DNA of 64,000 nt from Octopus bimaculoides (taxonomy: Eukaryota), in assembly GCF_001194135.2 (NCBI RefSeq), contig NC_068995.1:56777759-56841758 (forward strand), in the 5' to 3' direction. Below the pieces are notes generated by a model, which was not told the DNA's origin, did not search any database, and was given only the letters and a program-made list of their open reading frames with translations. The position numbers were made by a program, and so were the translations under genes. How positions within the stretch are numbered: position 1 is the stretch's first letter; the number at the start of each line of letters is the position of its first letter. Of the stretch, positions 41,638 to 54,359 are shown piece after piece.

Positions 41638-41743
41638 ATGTGTATGTATATGTGTGCATGTATATATGCGTGTGTCCATGTATGTATATATATATGTGTG
41701 TGTGTGTCCATCAATGTATGTGCATGTGTATATACATAATGTG

Positions 41744-41776
<33 letters not shown>

Positions 41777-42118
41777 NNNNNNNNNNNNNNNNNNNNNNNN
41801 NNNNNNNNNNNNNNNNNNNNNNNNNNNNNNNNNNNNNNNNNNNNNNNNNNNNNNNNNNNNNNNNNNNNNNNNNNNNNNNNNNNNNNNNNNNNNNNNNNNN
41901 NNNNNNNNNNNNNNNNNNNNNNNNNNNNNNNNNNNNNNNNNNNNNNNNNNNNNNNNNNNNNNNNNNNNNNNNNNNNNNNNNNNNNNNNNNNNNNNNNNNN
42001 NNNNNNNNNNNNNNNNNNNNNNNNNNNNNNNNNNNNNNNNNNNNNNNNNNNNNNNNNNNNNNNNNNNNNNNNNNNNNNNNNNNNNNNNNNNNNNNNNNNN
42101 NNNNNNNNNNNNNNNNNN
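41777..42118. other. Assembly gap (N)
   Basis: N run. Confidence 0.99.
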
Positions 42119-42916
42119 AATAGAACAGAGGTTAAGCTCTCATGCTAAAAGATGCTAGAATTAAATGGAGAACTTCTGTAACTAGAGAGGGATAGAAAAG
42201 GGAGGTTATCAAAAAGAGGGTAAACATGAAACTATAATATAATAAAGAAATAGAGATTTGAGGATGGTAAAAGATACTAATGATGTATGAAATGTTTTAA
42301 AAAGGTGAGCAGGGAAGCTGAAGGGGTAAGAAAAACAAAACAAAAGTAAAGCAAAGAAAACGCTAATAAATAAATCAGAATAAAAACCCTAAATTTAATA
42401 GAGAGAAGAGTTGCAGAGGGATAAGGTAGAGAGAAAGAGTCAGAAAGAGAAGATATTCAACAGTAAGAATTAGAACAAGAATGTGAACACCAGCAACAAT
42501 GAGAAAATTTGAATAAATAAGAAAGGGGGGGAGAGAAAGAGAAAGAATAAGAAAGATAGAGGGGGGAAGAAGAAGAAGTGGAAGAAGGAGGAATCCAAAA
42601 CTAAAGAATGGATTTGTGTTTTAAAGACAGAAAAAGAATGACAAAAAGAAATAAAAAAAAAAACCCCATCTAAAGACAATCTGTTGTACCTAAAACCAAT
42701 AGCTTAAAAAGATGGTGTGTTTGTTGAAAGTGCACTCCATAGTGGGTCCCTATTGGTGGTGAGTTTAAGAACTAAAAAGATGTGTATATTTGTGTTTTTT
42801 AATTGTACCCCCTTTGCACACTTTGCTGGGATAGAGTTTCGTTCAGACTTCTGTAACATGGTGAAGTTTAAAAGCTTTTCCAAGTCATCTGCAAAAATGT
42901 TTCCTCTTTGTAAAGT

Positions 42917-42983
<67 letters not shown>

Positions 42984-43085
42984 CACACACACACATTTCC
43001 TCTTTGTACACTATCTATCTATCTATATATATATATATATACATTTATAAAATTACATATGCATACATGTTCATACATATATACA

Positions 43086-43140
<55 letters not shown>

Positions 43141-43279
43141 GCATGCATACACATGCACAGAAAAATACATGCAATAAAAGTGAATAGAACAGTTTAAACT
43201 TGCAATATAAACCGAAATCAAATATGGAAGACATGGAAATTTGCTTATCTGTGCATCAAGGAATACATGAAAACAGTTG

Positions 43280-43815
43280 TGTGAGTTGGATGAAAAGGGG
43301 AGGGGGATAAGTAGAGAGAAAGACAAACAAATGGGGAGAGATGGATGGACGGACAGACAGAAAGTAAGTGAGCAAGAGAAAGTGAGTGGAACAAGGCTAA
43401 AAGTATTGAAGAAGAATGAAGAGAGAGAAAGGAAACTCTCAGAAGAACATGGAAGAAAGATAATGGGAAAGAGAGATGGAGAGAGATGGAGAGGATAAGA
43501 GTGTATGTGGAGGGATATAAGAGAGAATTAAAGAGATATAGAAAGTGAGAGAGAGAATATGAGGGCGAAAAGAGAGAATGAATTTGAGAAGATAGAGAAA
43601 GAGAGAGGAGTGAGAGAGAAGAAGGGGATGAAAAGGGATCAAGATTTGGAGTAAAAGGGTCCAGTGAATGAGGGATTGAAAGAATTTGAATTATTGTAGA
43701 AAAGAAAGAATAACATAAAGGAAGAAGAAAAAGATGAGAGAGAGTAGAGAGATGAGAGGGAAAGAGAAAGAGAGAGAGTAGAGAGAAAGAAGGAGAGAAG
43801 AGAAAGAGAGACAGA
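43280..43815. repeat. Long degenerate GA-rich purine tract
   Basis: Directly visible. Confidence 0.9.
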
Positions 43816-43894
43816 GTGTGTGTGTGTGTGTGTATGTGTGTGTGTGCAAAAGCAAATGGTGGAGCAATGAAAGCACCCAGATGTGATATTTTAT

Positions 43895-44225
43895 CTTTTA
43901 TTTGTTTCAGTCATTGGACTGTGGCCATGTTGGAGCACCACCTTGAAGGGGTATTTTTAGTCAAACAAACTGATCCAATTATTTACTCATAAGTGTGATC
44001 AATCACTTTTGCTGCACTGCTATGTAACAGGGATGTAAACAAACCAACCACAGATGTCAACCGGTGGTGGGGGACAGATAGGAGGAGCTTCCACCTTCCA
44101 CTTTCTCTCTACTGAACTCACTCACAAAACATTGGTTCGCCTGGAACTATAGCAGAAGACTCTTGATCAAGGTGGAACTGAACCCAAAACACTGCAGATG
44201 CAAAGAAAGTTTCTTAACCACACAG
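43895..44225 (-). mobile_element. SINE family B, near full length
   Basis: tttgtttcagtcattggactgtggccatgttggagcacc... through ...gtggaactgaacccaaaac...cttaaccacacagc. Confidence 0.8.
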
Positions 44226-44509
44226 CAAAAATGCTAAGAAGCGCTGGTTGATGTTCATGTATTGAAAATAACAATCTGAGTTAGTATTTTGTTAAGTCTG
44301 CTTTCTGACTTCGTATAACCCACTTGTTATATTGTTAGCTCAGTCACTGCATTATATCAAATTATGCTCTTAATTTAAAAATCAAACTAAAAAAAAATGA
44401 TTATTTATTATTATATTTTTAATATCAGCAGAAAGCAATGTATTTTGTTATGACTAAAAGATAACCAAAGATGATAATGTTGAAGTGATCTGTTTGTCAG
44501 ATTTCAATT

Positions 44510-44552
44510 TATGTAGTCCAACCCATGCCAGCATGGAAAGCGGACGTTAAAC

Positions 44553-44582
<30 letters not shown>
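44510..44582 (+). mobile_element. SINE C 3' end with (GAT)n tail
   Basis: ccaacccatgccagcatggaaagcggacgttaaacgatgatgat. Confidence 0.85.
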
Positions 44583-44583
<1 letters not shown>

Positions 44584-44737
44584 TATTGACAGGCAAAGAA
44601 TATGGTTTGGAAATACCAGAATAATACCAGAATAATGATCTTTTTTTTCTCTTTCCTTGCTTCATACTTCTTAGTTCAAACCCAACCAAGGTTTGTATTG
44701 GTCATTTCTACAAGGGAATGGGAAATAAAATGTTACA

Positions 44738-44900
44738 TAGGTGCTGGCATGGCTGTGTGGCTAAGAACTTCACTTCGCAACCATGTGGTTTTGGGTTCAG
44801 TCCCACTGCATAGCCCCTGGAGTAAGCCCCTGCTATAGCACAGGGCTGACCAATACCTCATGAGTGAAATTGTTAGAAACTGTGTGAAACCCACCATGTA
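44738..44900 (+). mobile_element. SINE family B head
   Basis: ggcatggctgtgtggctaagaa (A-box-like) ... gggttcagtcccactgc (B-box-like). Confidence 0.8.
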
Positions 44901-46544
44901 TGGTCATATGTATGATTTTATGTAAACTTGCTGGAATCGAATTTTAGTTACCCCTAGGCTTCATAAACCAGTTTTCAGTATAGATGTTTTTGATGTTTCA
45001 CCTCTAGTCAACCATAATTCAGAAAGCCTATGATTACAGGCATTTCGGCTCCAAATATACTGACCATACAGTGTCTAGAACCAATGTTATCCAAAGTGGC
45101 CTTCATTTTTTTAATAAGCAGACGAGAGAAATTTGGAGTAGATTTGGCTGTATTTTCTAGCAGGTGAAACACCCAAGCAAAATCACCTTCATTGAGTCAG
45201 TAACATATTAGAGTTAATTAGAGTTAATTCATTAGATTTTCTAACAAAATTGAATTTTCCCTCATGTAAGATGCATAAGTGCAGGAAGAAAATTTGCACA
45301 CGGGTGCAAACCCAGCTCTAGAACAGGATGTCCAAAGTGTTTTCATTGCCACCCACCCAAAATGGTGGGGGTACTCTTGTACCCCCTGCACACCTATTCA
45401 TGAACCTATGCTGCCTGTAACAGCTGCTTCTGTAGTTTGTGTTACACTGTGACAAGATCTTTTATTGACAGTTACAAATCAACATGTTCTTTTATATTCT
45501 GTAACAGAACATTTAGTAAAAAGACCAGAAACGCTTAGAAACCTTTGCAGTGGAAACTCAACAGTTCCAATTAAAATGCCAGATATCACCTGATGGTTGT
45601 ATTGTGTGTGATTTTAACTTAATATTTTCTTTCTTGTTGTGATATTATGTGAAGGATACAAGAAACAGTTATGTTCTATGGACTAAATTCTTCTCATTTG
45701 GAAATGCAATGTAAAGAACTTTAATGATAGTCTGTAGAGTAATGCACCAATTTAGTTCGAAATTGTATTCTTTACTGTTTTTTTTCTTTGCAGCATTTGA
45801 AGAATATTAAATATTGATATCAAATATAGAGAACAAAATATAACTCTAAGCAGTGATGTATATACAGTTACGCGATAACCTGTGGCAATATTTATATGAG
45901 ATAATAAGAAATATAAAATATAATGAGTATTGATGGATGATTGAAGGTATATAATGGGCAGTATGGAATAAATATAATAAGCACTTTTAATATAATACAT
46001 ATATGTATTTATATATCCACATGTACATACAAATATGCATATAAAGAAAACTACATACACACACACACATACATTGACAGAGGATTTATAGGATAAATAT
46101 AATAGATGCAAGTAATGCTGGATCTAAGGAAGAGATATATTTGCAATACAGATGCTAGATTAAATATGATAGAGATACAATAGTAACACTGATATGAAAT
46201 AGAAAGCAGAAAGAATAGCAAAATTACAACGTGAAATACTGCATGAGAGAGAGAGAGAGAGAGAGAGGGAGAAACTGTAGCAATACGGAACAGAATAGAG
46301 ACAACAGAGTTGAGTCAAGATAGAATGTTGAGACAAAATGCAAGGAAGATGTAAGATAAATAGAATAGATAGAGGGAGAAAGATACATTGAAGGAAAGTG
46401 TATAGAATGCATATAACAGCATGGATGGGAGATATAGAGAGGCAATAGAAAAGAAACATAGAATATGAAAAAGGAAATACAATAAGAGGTATTAAAAGTT
46501 TCAACAGATATACATACATACATACATACATATATATATATATT

Positions 46545-46879
46545 CTTTTATTTGTTTCAGTCATTTGAATGTGGCCATAATGGAGCACCACATTTAGTCA
46601 AACAATTCAACCCTAGGACTTATTTCATGTAAGCCTAGTACTTATTCTATCCGTCTCTTTTGCCAAACTGCTAGGTTACAGGATGTAAACACACCAGCAT
46701 CAGTTGTCAAGCGATGCTGGGAGGATAAACACAGACACACAAATACATACATACATATGATGGGGTTCTTTCAGTTTCCGTCTATCAAATCCACTCACAA
46801 GGCTTTGGTCAGCCCAAGGCTATAGCAGAAGATACTTGCCCAAGGTTCCATGCAGTGGGACTGAACCGGGAACCATGCC

Positions 46880-46880
<1 letters not shown>
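46545..46880 (-). mobile_element. SINE family B, well conserved, head truncated by a microsatellite
   Basis: tttgtttcagtcatttgaatgtggccataatggagcacc...gcagtgggactgaaccgggaaccatg, then (TA)n. Confidence 0.85.
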
Positions 46881-46912
<32 letters not shown>

Positions 46913-46925
<13 letters not shown>

Positions 46926-47035
46926 TATATATGCACACACACATATACATATATATGCACACACACATATACATATATATGCACACACACATATACATAT
47001 ATATGCACACACACATATACATATATATGCACACA
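46913..47035. repeat. 24-bp minisatellite gcacacacacatatacatatatat, about 5 copies
   Basis: Units start at 46933, 46957, 46981, 47005 and 47029. Confidence 0.93.
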
Positions 47036-47324
47036 TATATACATATACACATACACACACAAACACATATCCTCATGATCATCATCTAAGAATTATTTTT
47101 TTCGATGTTGGCATGGGCTGGAAAATCTGACTAGAACCAATGAGACAGAGGGTTGCACCAAGTTCCAATATCTGCTACGGCATGGTATCTACATTTGGAT
47201 GCCCTCCCTAATTTCAACCACTTTACAGAGTGCATTGGGTGTATTTTTGTGCCACCAGTTAGATTACCAAATACTTGCAAGACAACACACTTATTAACAG
47301 AATGGGGTACAATATTTTTATTGT

Positions 47325-47470
47325 GGGCGCAAGGCCTGAAATTAGGGGCCAGTGGGTGCTGATTACATTGATTCTACAGTTCAACCGGCACTTATTTTAA
47401 TGACCCTGAAAGGATGAAAAGAAAGGCTGACTGGCTGTATTTGAACTCAGAGCATAAAGCCAGAATAAAT
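47325..47470 (-). mobile_element. SINE family A copy
   Basis: gcgcaaggcctgaaatt...gattacattg...taatgaccctgaaaggatgaaaag...atttgaactcagag. Confidence 0.78.
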
Positions 47471-47574
47471 GGTACTCAAAGCCTTTTCTTTTCTGTCATG
47501 GTAGGGATTCTTCTCATCCCCTTTGAGTGAGGATATGACATTGAAGGATATTAAAGTATAATAAAGGGACATGA

Positions 47575-47735
47575 AAAGGTGTCTTGCAGGTAGGCTGGTA
47601 GATTTATCAAGTGTGATATAGGAACAATAATGAAACCCCTGCAAAAATTATAGAAAGGTTTCTTAGACAACATAGATCACAACTGGTATAGAGCAAAGAT
47701 ATACATATTCTCAGAAGAATGACAAGACAATGCAA
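47575..47735 (+). mobile_element. Penelope-like retroelement RT remnant (decayed)
   Basis: Reads LAGRLV and, after a frameshift, NNETPAKIIERFLRQHRSQLV*SKDIHILRRM. This resembles the Penelope pattern PGRPIIS..GTPTEKISEFLD.HL.PLV....KDT.HFL. Confidence 0.5.
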
Positions 47736-47920
47736 GACATAGAATATAAGTTCTACTTACAATAGCAACATTGATATGAATATAATAAATAGAATCAATA
47801 AGATGTCCAGAATGGTATTATTGATGTAAAATATCTACGGTAGATTAATTTAGCCACACTAACACAAATAGTAATGCAACACAGAATTATGTTTCAAAAC
47901 ACAATTATTATTATCATTAC

Positions 47921-47968
<48 letters not shown>

Positions 47969-48684
47969 TACTATTATCATGATCATCATTATTTTTTTTT
48001 TTTTTTTACATAAGTATTCTTCTAAATATTCTGTCTGCTATTAGAAACATTTTGTCAGAAACACTGCAGCAGGCGTAGATTGAACAGATGCTTTATGTGA
48101 TTGAGAAAGCAATTTTTCCCTTTTATTGGACAAAATGACAGGCGAGATAAAATTACTTATGGGATCCAAATGCAGTTAGTTACCATTATTGGCCATCTGT
48201 AATCCAGTCTTTCAATACATCATTTTGCCAGTGTATTCATTGTAAGTTTCAGTTAATTCCATCGATTTGATTCCAAAGAGATAAACTTTAATATCAGAGA
48301 ACCACTTATCTGGTTCTCAATCATAAGATTTACAGAAATATTTGCAACATATTGAGTGACCTGTGAATTTTGATAATTGGTAGAGAAGAAACAAGACCTG
48401 TGGATTTTAATAACACCTGAGTAGAGGTGGTGGTGGGGAGAGGGAGGATGGTTAGCAGGAATATTTAAAGAAAGAGGTTGTTGAAAAGGAAGCCTCTTAT
48501 ATTTAAAGGTGATGAAACAGGGTTTAATCTGATTGTATTTCTACCATTCTATTAAAATGAGTTGGAAATCCCAGATTTTTACTGTCTGTTCACGTTAGAA
48601 TTAAAAATGGCAGTTAATATTTCGAGTTGAAGATGTGGCTTTCAGTTATACAAAGTCAGTGTCAGCTTTCGTATTTTAATCTTT

Positions 48685-48885
48685 CACTTGTTTCAGTCAT
48701 TAGACAGTGGCCATGCTGGGGCACCCATTGAAAAATTGGGGTTGAATGAATCAATCCAAGTTCTTATCTTTTTAAAACCAGGTCATTATTCTATGCATCT
48801 CTTTTGCCAAACCGCTAAGTTATGGAGACGTAAACACACCAACAGCAGTTGTCAAGCAGTGGTGAAAGACAAACGCAAACAGAAA
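48685..48885 (-). mobile_element. SINE family B 3' part
   Basis: cttgtttcagtcattagacagtggccatgctggggcacc...ccgctaagttatggagacgtaaacacaccaacagcagttgtcaagc. Confidence 0.82.
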
Positions 48886-49076
48886 AGACATTCATGCATA
48901 GATAGCCACACTACTCCAGCTTTTCCCATTACAAATGGTCTCTGATATTTTGAGGGGTGAATAATAATATATCTCTCATTATAATTTATTATTACTAATC
49001 TCCAGGTGATTTATCTACAAGTAATTATTTATAATAACTTCCTACAAGAAGCACACCTTGTGTGTGCATATATATA

Positions 49077-49389
49077 NNNNNNNNNNNNNNNNNNNNNNNN
49101 NNNNNNNNNNNNNNNNNNNNNNNNNNNNNNNNNNNNNNNNNNNNNNNNNNNNNNNNNNNNNNNNNNNNNNNNNNNNNNNNNNNNNNNNNNNNNNNNNNNN
49201 NNNNNNNNNNNNNNNNNNNNNNNNNNNNNNNNNNNNNNNNNNNNNNNNNNNNNNNNNNNNNNNNNNNNNNNNNNNNNNNNNNNNNNNNNNNNNNNNNNNN
49301 NNNNNNNNNNNNNNNNNNNNNNNNNNNNNNNNNNNNNNNNNNNNNNNNNNNNNNNNNNNNNNNNNNNNNNNNNNNNNNNNNNNNNNNNN
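49077..49389. other. Assembly gap (N)
   Basis: N run. Confidence 0.99.
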
Positions 49390-49475
49390 ATATACACACA
49401 CCTATATATATATACAAATACTTATATGCATGTATTATAAATATATATATAATTTTTATATGTATATATGATCAT

Positions 49476-49510
<35 letters not shown>

Positions 49511-49996
49511 TTAGCATCTACTTTTCCGTGTTTGCATGGGTCAGATAAGACTTTATTAGTTTTCTATGGCCAGATGACCTTCCTGATGCAGACGCTGACC
49601 TGCTTCCAAATGAGGTAATAATTTCCCAGTCTAGTGAACAACAAACAACCTGGATATGTTCACGTGGCACACTGACAACAAACTACACAGAATGGAGATT
49701 TTTATTTACAAACATTGCACAATATGTCAAGTTGTGTCAAGCAGCTTGCTCGTGCTTCCATCTAGAACGGTAAGCAAATGACACGGTTTGCAAAGCCATT
49801 GTTTACAAACCATCAAGCAAACCACAAGTGAAGTCAAGAGAAATGAAAGAAAAAAAAAACAATTCCTCACACAAACACACACACACAATGGGTTTCTTTC
49901 AGTTTCTCTCAACCAAATTTACTCACAAGGCTTTGGTCAGCCAATGGCTATAAAAGACACATGCTCTAGGTACCATGCAATGGGAATGAGCCTATA

Positions 49997-50042
<46 letters not shown>

Positions 50043-50439
50043 TATATATATATTAAGAAATGGAGTCAAACGCAGGTGTTATAACAGAACAAGAAAAGTC
50101 TTACTTAAAACATTGCATCTAAGTGCAATAACTGGTCCTGTAATTTTCCAGGTTTATAATCTCAAGAATATTATTTTTCTTGCTCACATTTTTCCATGTA
50201 ATCCATGTTTTTTCCAGGCTATGCTATTATGCTAATTAATAATGTGTCAATTAGCAGTGTGGTTGATAATTTTTCCCTTCCATCAACATACACTGTTGAC
50301 ATATATTAAAAGTCCCCGCATAGAACTATATTCATAAAAAAGTACAGAACTCTATTATCACCCTCGAATTTGAGAAACAAACACTCATAACTTTTTTCTT
50401 TAAAAGCTTCAGTGGGGGGACAATTACAGACACATAAAT

Positions 50440-50600
50440 GTTGGGCTTCTTTCGGTTTCTGTCTACCACATCAACTTACAAGGCTTTGGTTGGCCTGAGG
50501 CTATAATGCAAGACATTTACTCAAGGTGCCAAGCAGTGGGACTGAACACAGAACCATGTGGTTAGGAAGCAAGCTTCTTACCACATAGCCATGCCTGTGC
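50440..50600 (-). mobile_element. SINE family B head, well conserved
   Basis: gggcttctttcggtttc...gcagtgggactgaacacagaaccatgtggttaggaagcaagcttcttaccacatagccatgcc. Confidence 0.87.
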
Positions 50601-51296
50601 TTAATGCTAAATATTAAACATGTCTTTAGGTTTCCATATATTTTTTTTCTATTTGCCAAAACTGAATCCATAATGAAAAATAGTCAAATATATATAAAAT
50701 TTTCATATGTATATATCATCATCATCATCATTTAGCATCTACTTTTCCGTGTTTGTGTACATGTGTCTTTGTCCCACGCAGTCTCAGAAGTAGTGTTGGC
50801 TTGTTTTATATCTAGTTAACTTAGCAGTTTGGCAAAAGAGAATGAAAGAATAATACAAGACCTAAACTAAGCCTTGGCATTGATTTTTTTGACTAGCCTT
50901 ACAATGCAGTGCTCCAGCATGATTACAGTCTAAGGATTGAAAGAACTGGAAGAGTAAAACAATAAAACATAACAACAAGGAGGGGTGGGGGGAAAGCGCC
51001 CCACCCCACCCCAAAACAACTTTCTCTTTCTTTTCTTTCTTTCTTAGAGCAGAATTTTGAAAATGGACAAACAAAAAAGAACACAAAATAATGTCATAAG
51101 TTCAAGAAAATGAGCAGCTAACAACAAAAAAGAAATTAATATTCAGAATAGTTTTCTTGGATGACAACAACAACAACAATAATGATGACAATAATAACAA
51201 CGATGACGATAATGATGATGATGATAATTGAAATAATAAGAATGCTAAGAACCTCAATAATGATAACAATAATAACAAAATATTTAAATAAAAAAT

Positions 51297-51366
<70 letters not shown>

Positions 51367-51540
51367 CATATATATAGATATATATATATATAAACATATA
51401 TATAAACCCACACACACATGCTTGCAGGTGTATAAATATGTAAGCTTGTGTATGCGTATATAGATATATACAGACACACACATATACATATATGTGTGTG
51501 TGTGAGTGTGTATGTACATATATATATATATGTGTGTGTG

Positions 51541-51601
<61 letters not shown>

Positions 51602-52669
51602 ATATAATGCCAATCAATCAATCAATTGACTCAGCCAGAACAAATTTTTCACTCTAACCAATGCTTGACAGTTGTGAGGAAGGGAAAAATATAAACAGAA
51701 TCTTTTCCACCCCCACCCTCTAACCCTCACCACCATCATTTTCTTCTCCCCGCTGCTCCTTCCCCATGTTTCAAACCCTCATCAAACCCACCTCTCACTC
51801 ACCTCTCTCTCTCTCATTATTAATACTTGTCACCTGTAATGTCCATGTATTAACCTCATAAAATATCACATACATCGTCACGGCTGATTGGTCAGTTTTA
51901 GTGGCTCAGCAATAGCATCTTTCTCTTAACAGGCCACAGCACAGTAGGACAGGGGCCAGGGCTAGGTAGGTGGCGGGGGGGAATTGAAGCAGGCAGAAAG
52001 GAAGGGTTTGACAATAAGATGATATTTGAATACATTGCAGTAGAAAACTATATACACACACACACGGTGGGTGCGCGTTAAAACAATAATCGCATCTTCT
52101 GTTAAAACCAAGCATGGGGCTTTTAACAAACAAATGACAAACAACAAAAAGGTCGACAAAAAGGTGAGAAAAAAACTTGTTTGGGTCAAAGCATATTATA
52201 GATCATCATTGAGGGCCTTCTATTTAAAAGCTGCAGATTAGATGGAGTAGGGTGGAGGGGCAAGAAGGGAAGAAGAACAGAAATGAAACAAGGAGCTTTT
52301 TTACTTTCTTTCTTTTTTTTCTTTTTCTTCTTTTTTTTTTTTGATTGGAAAAGTCAGGAATGAAATAACATTGAGAAGAAGGGAGTGAAAAATAATAAAC
52401 ATCTGGTGGGAATGAGAAAAATGTTCATCACAGTCACCCACAAAACAATGCCTACAACAACAACAACAACAACATCTCTGCTGAACTGTACAAGGGTGAC
52501 GTATTTACTGAGTCAGATCAATATAATGATGCGATGTGATACGCACCACTGTTGTAGCTGTTGCTTATGATAGTGATGATGATGATGATGATGGCATCAG
52601 CAGTCTCATTGGAGGCAGTAATTTTCTCATTCCTGGTATTCTTGGTATTAGATTTATAATGGAACAAAA

Positions 52670-52735
52670 CAGAAAATGATAGTTGCAGGGGGTGGTGCTG
52701 GCAGCAGTGTGGTGGTGGTAGTGATATTAGAGGTG

Positions 52736-52770
<35 letters not shown>

Positions 52771-52820
52771 GATGGTGGTGGTGGTGGTGGAGGTGGTGGT
52801 CATGGTGATGGTGCAGTTGG
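52670..52820. repeat. (GGT)n/(AGT)n triplet tract
   Basis: Directly visible. Confidence 0.93.
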
Positions 52821-52914
52821 AAGTAATAACAGAGCACCAGACTAAGGTTGTTTTTGATATGAAGTTACGTCCCTGTATGAGCCGTGTTCAAATCCTGCCT
52901 CTCAGTGCTCCAGT

Positions 52915-53325
52915 TGCAGGAGTGGGTGTGTGGTAAGAAGTTTGCTTCCTGACCACATGATTCTGGGTTCAGTCCCACTGCGTGGCACCTTGGGCAAGTG
53001 TCTTCTACTATAGCCTTGTGCCAACCAAATCCTTGTGAGTGGATTTGGAAGATAAAAACTGAAGAGTATATATCTGTATGTATTTATTATCTATGCCTAT
53101 GTTTGTGGGTATCTTTGTGTCAGTGTTTGTCTCTCACCATTGTCTGACAACCAGTGTTGGTGTGTTTACGTCCCCCGTAACTTAGCAGTTCAACAAAACA
53201 AACTAATAGTATAAGTAGCAGTATTAAAAAAAAACAAAAATAAGTGCTTAGGTTGATTGATTCGATTAAGAATTCTCCAAGGTGTTGCTCCAGCATGGTC
53301 TCAGTCAAATGACTGAAACAAGTAA
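52915..53325 (+). mobile_element. Full-length SINE family B (tRNA-like head, TA/TG linker, 3' domain)
   Basis: Head ggagtgggtgtgtggtaagaag...gggttcagtcccactgcgtggcaccttgggcaag; 3' domain ...gtttacgtcccccgtaacttagc...ccagcatggtctcagtcaaatgactgaaacaagtaaaag. Confidence 0.87.
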
Positions 53326-54116
53326 AAGGTAAAAGATATATCTTGTGCCTATGTAAGAAGTTATTATTAAACCAACGAGGACATTGGAGTATCAGAAATG
53401 GCACAGTGCCAGGCTAAAATCATCTGAGAAAATATAAAATATTTTCCCTCTTTCATTCTTTTCTCTCTTTATATGACTCGTTCTCGGTCTTTCCTCTCTT
53501 TAACATGAGTTTGTCTGTGAAATTTTCATTCCTTTGCATTATAAACAGAAATCCCATCAGGATCAACTTTCACTTTCATTATTTCAAGATCAATAAAATA
53601 AGTTATGAAGTTTGTATCATGGCTGTTTATTTAATTGACTATATACACCTAACTATAAATCTGTAGACATGTACTAACCTTGTGAAACCATAGCTATTCA
53701 GGCAGGTATCAATATAGCATCTTTTATAAGAACAAAAAACAAAAATCAGAAAAAAAAAACTAAGGCCAGACAGACCATCATTGTTTTCACATCTACTTCT
53801 CCATGGTTGCACGAGTCAGATGAGTAGGGCAGAAGATTTTCTATGGCTGAATGCTCTTGCAGCCACTAACTTCTACTTGTTTCCAAATAAGGTAACAATC
53901 TCTCAGGCTTTCAAACAACAAAACTGCTCGGACATGTTTTATGAGAATAACTGGAAACAGATGTCACTGCATGGATGAGCCTTTCATTTCCAGAGATCAT
54001 GCAACACATCAAAGGATGTGGAGAAGCCATTATTTCCAAACCAGAAAACAGAAGATAAACAAGAACTTGCTCCAGTAACACACACGGACACATAAGCATG
54101 AATACATACATACATG

Positions 54117-54235
54117 ATGGGCTTCTTTCAGTTTCCACCTATAAACTCTAGTCACAAGAATTTAGTCAGCCCAGGGCTATAGTAGAAGGTACCTGCACAA
54201 GGTACCATGCAGTGGAACTGAACCAAAAACCATGT
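54117..54235 (-). mobile_element. SINE family B head
   Basis: gggcttctttcagtttcc...ggctatagtagaagg...gcagtggaactgaacc. Confidence 0.82.
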
Positions 54236-54359
54236 AAAAAACCTAGAAATGTCTTGGTGTTAACTCTCATTTCTCTCGCGCTCTCTCTGAAATGAAATAT
54301 TTAAATTGAAGTGTGACAACCAAGAATCTAGGCTTCTGTGGAACCGTTTTCAGAATGAC

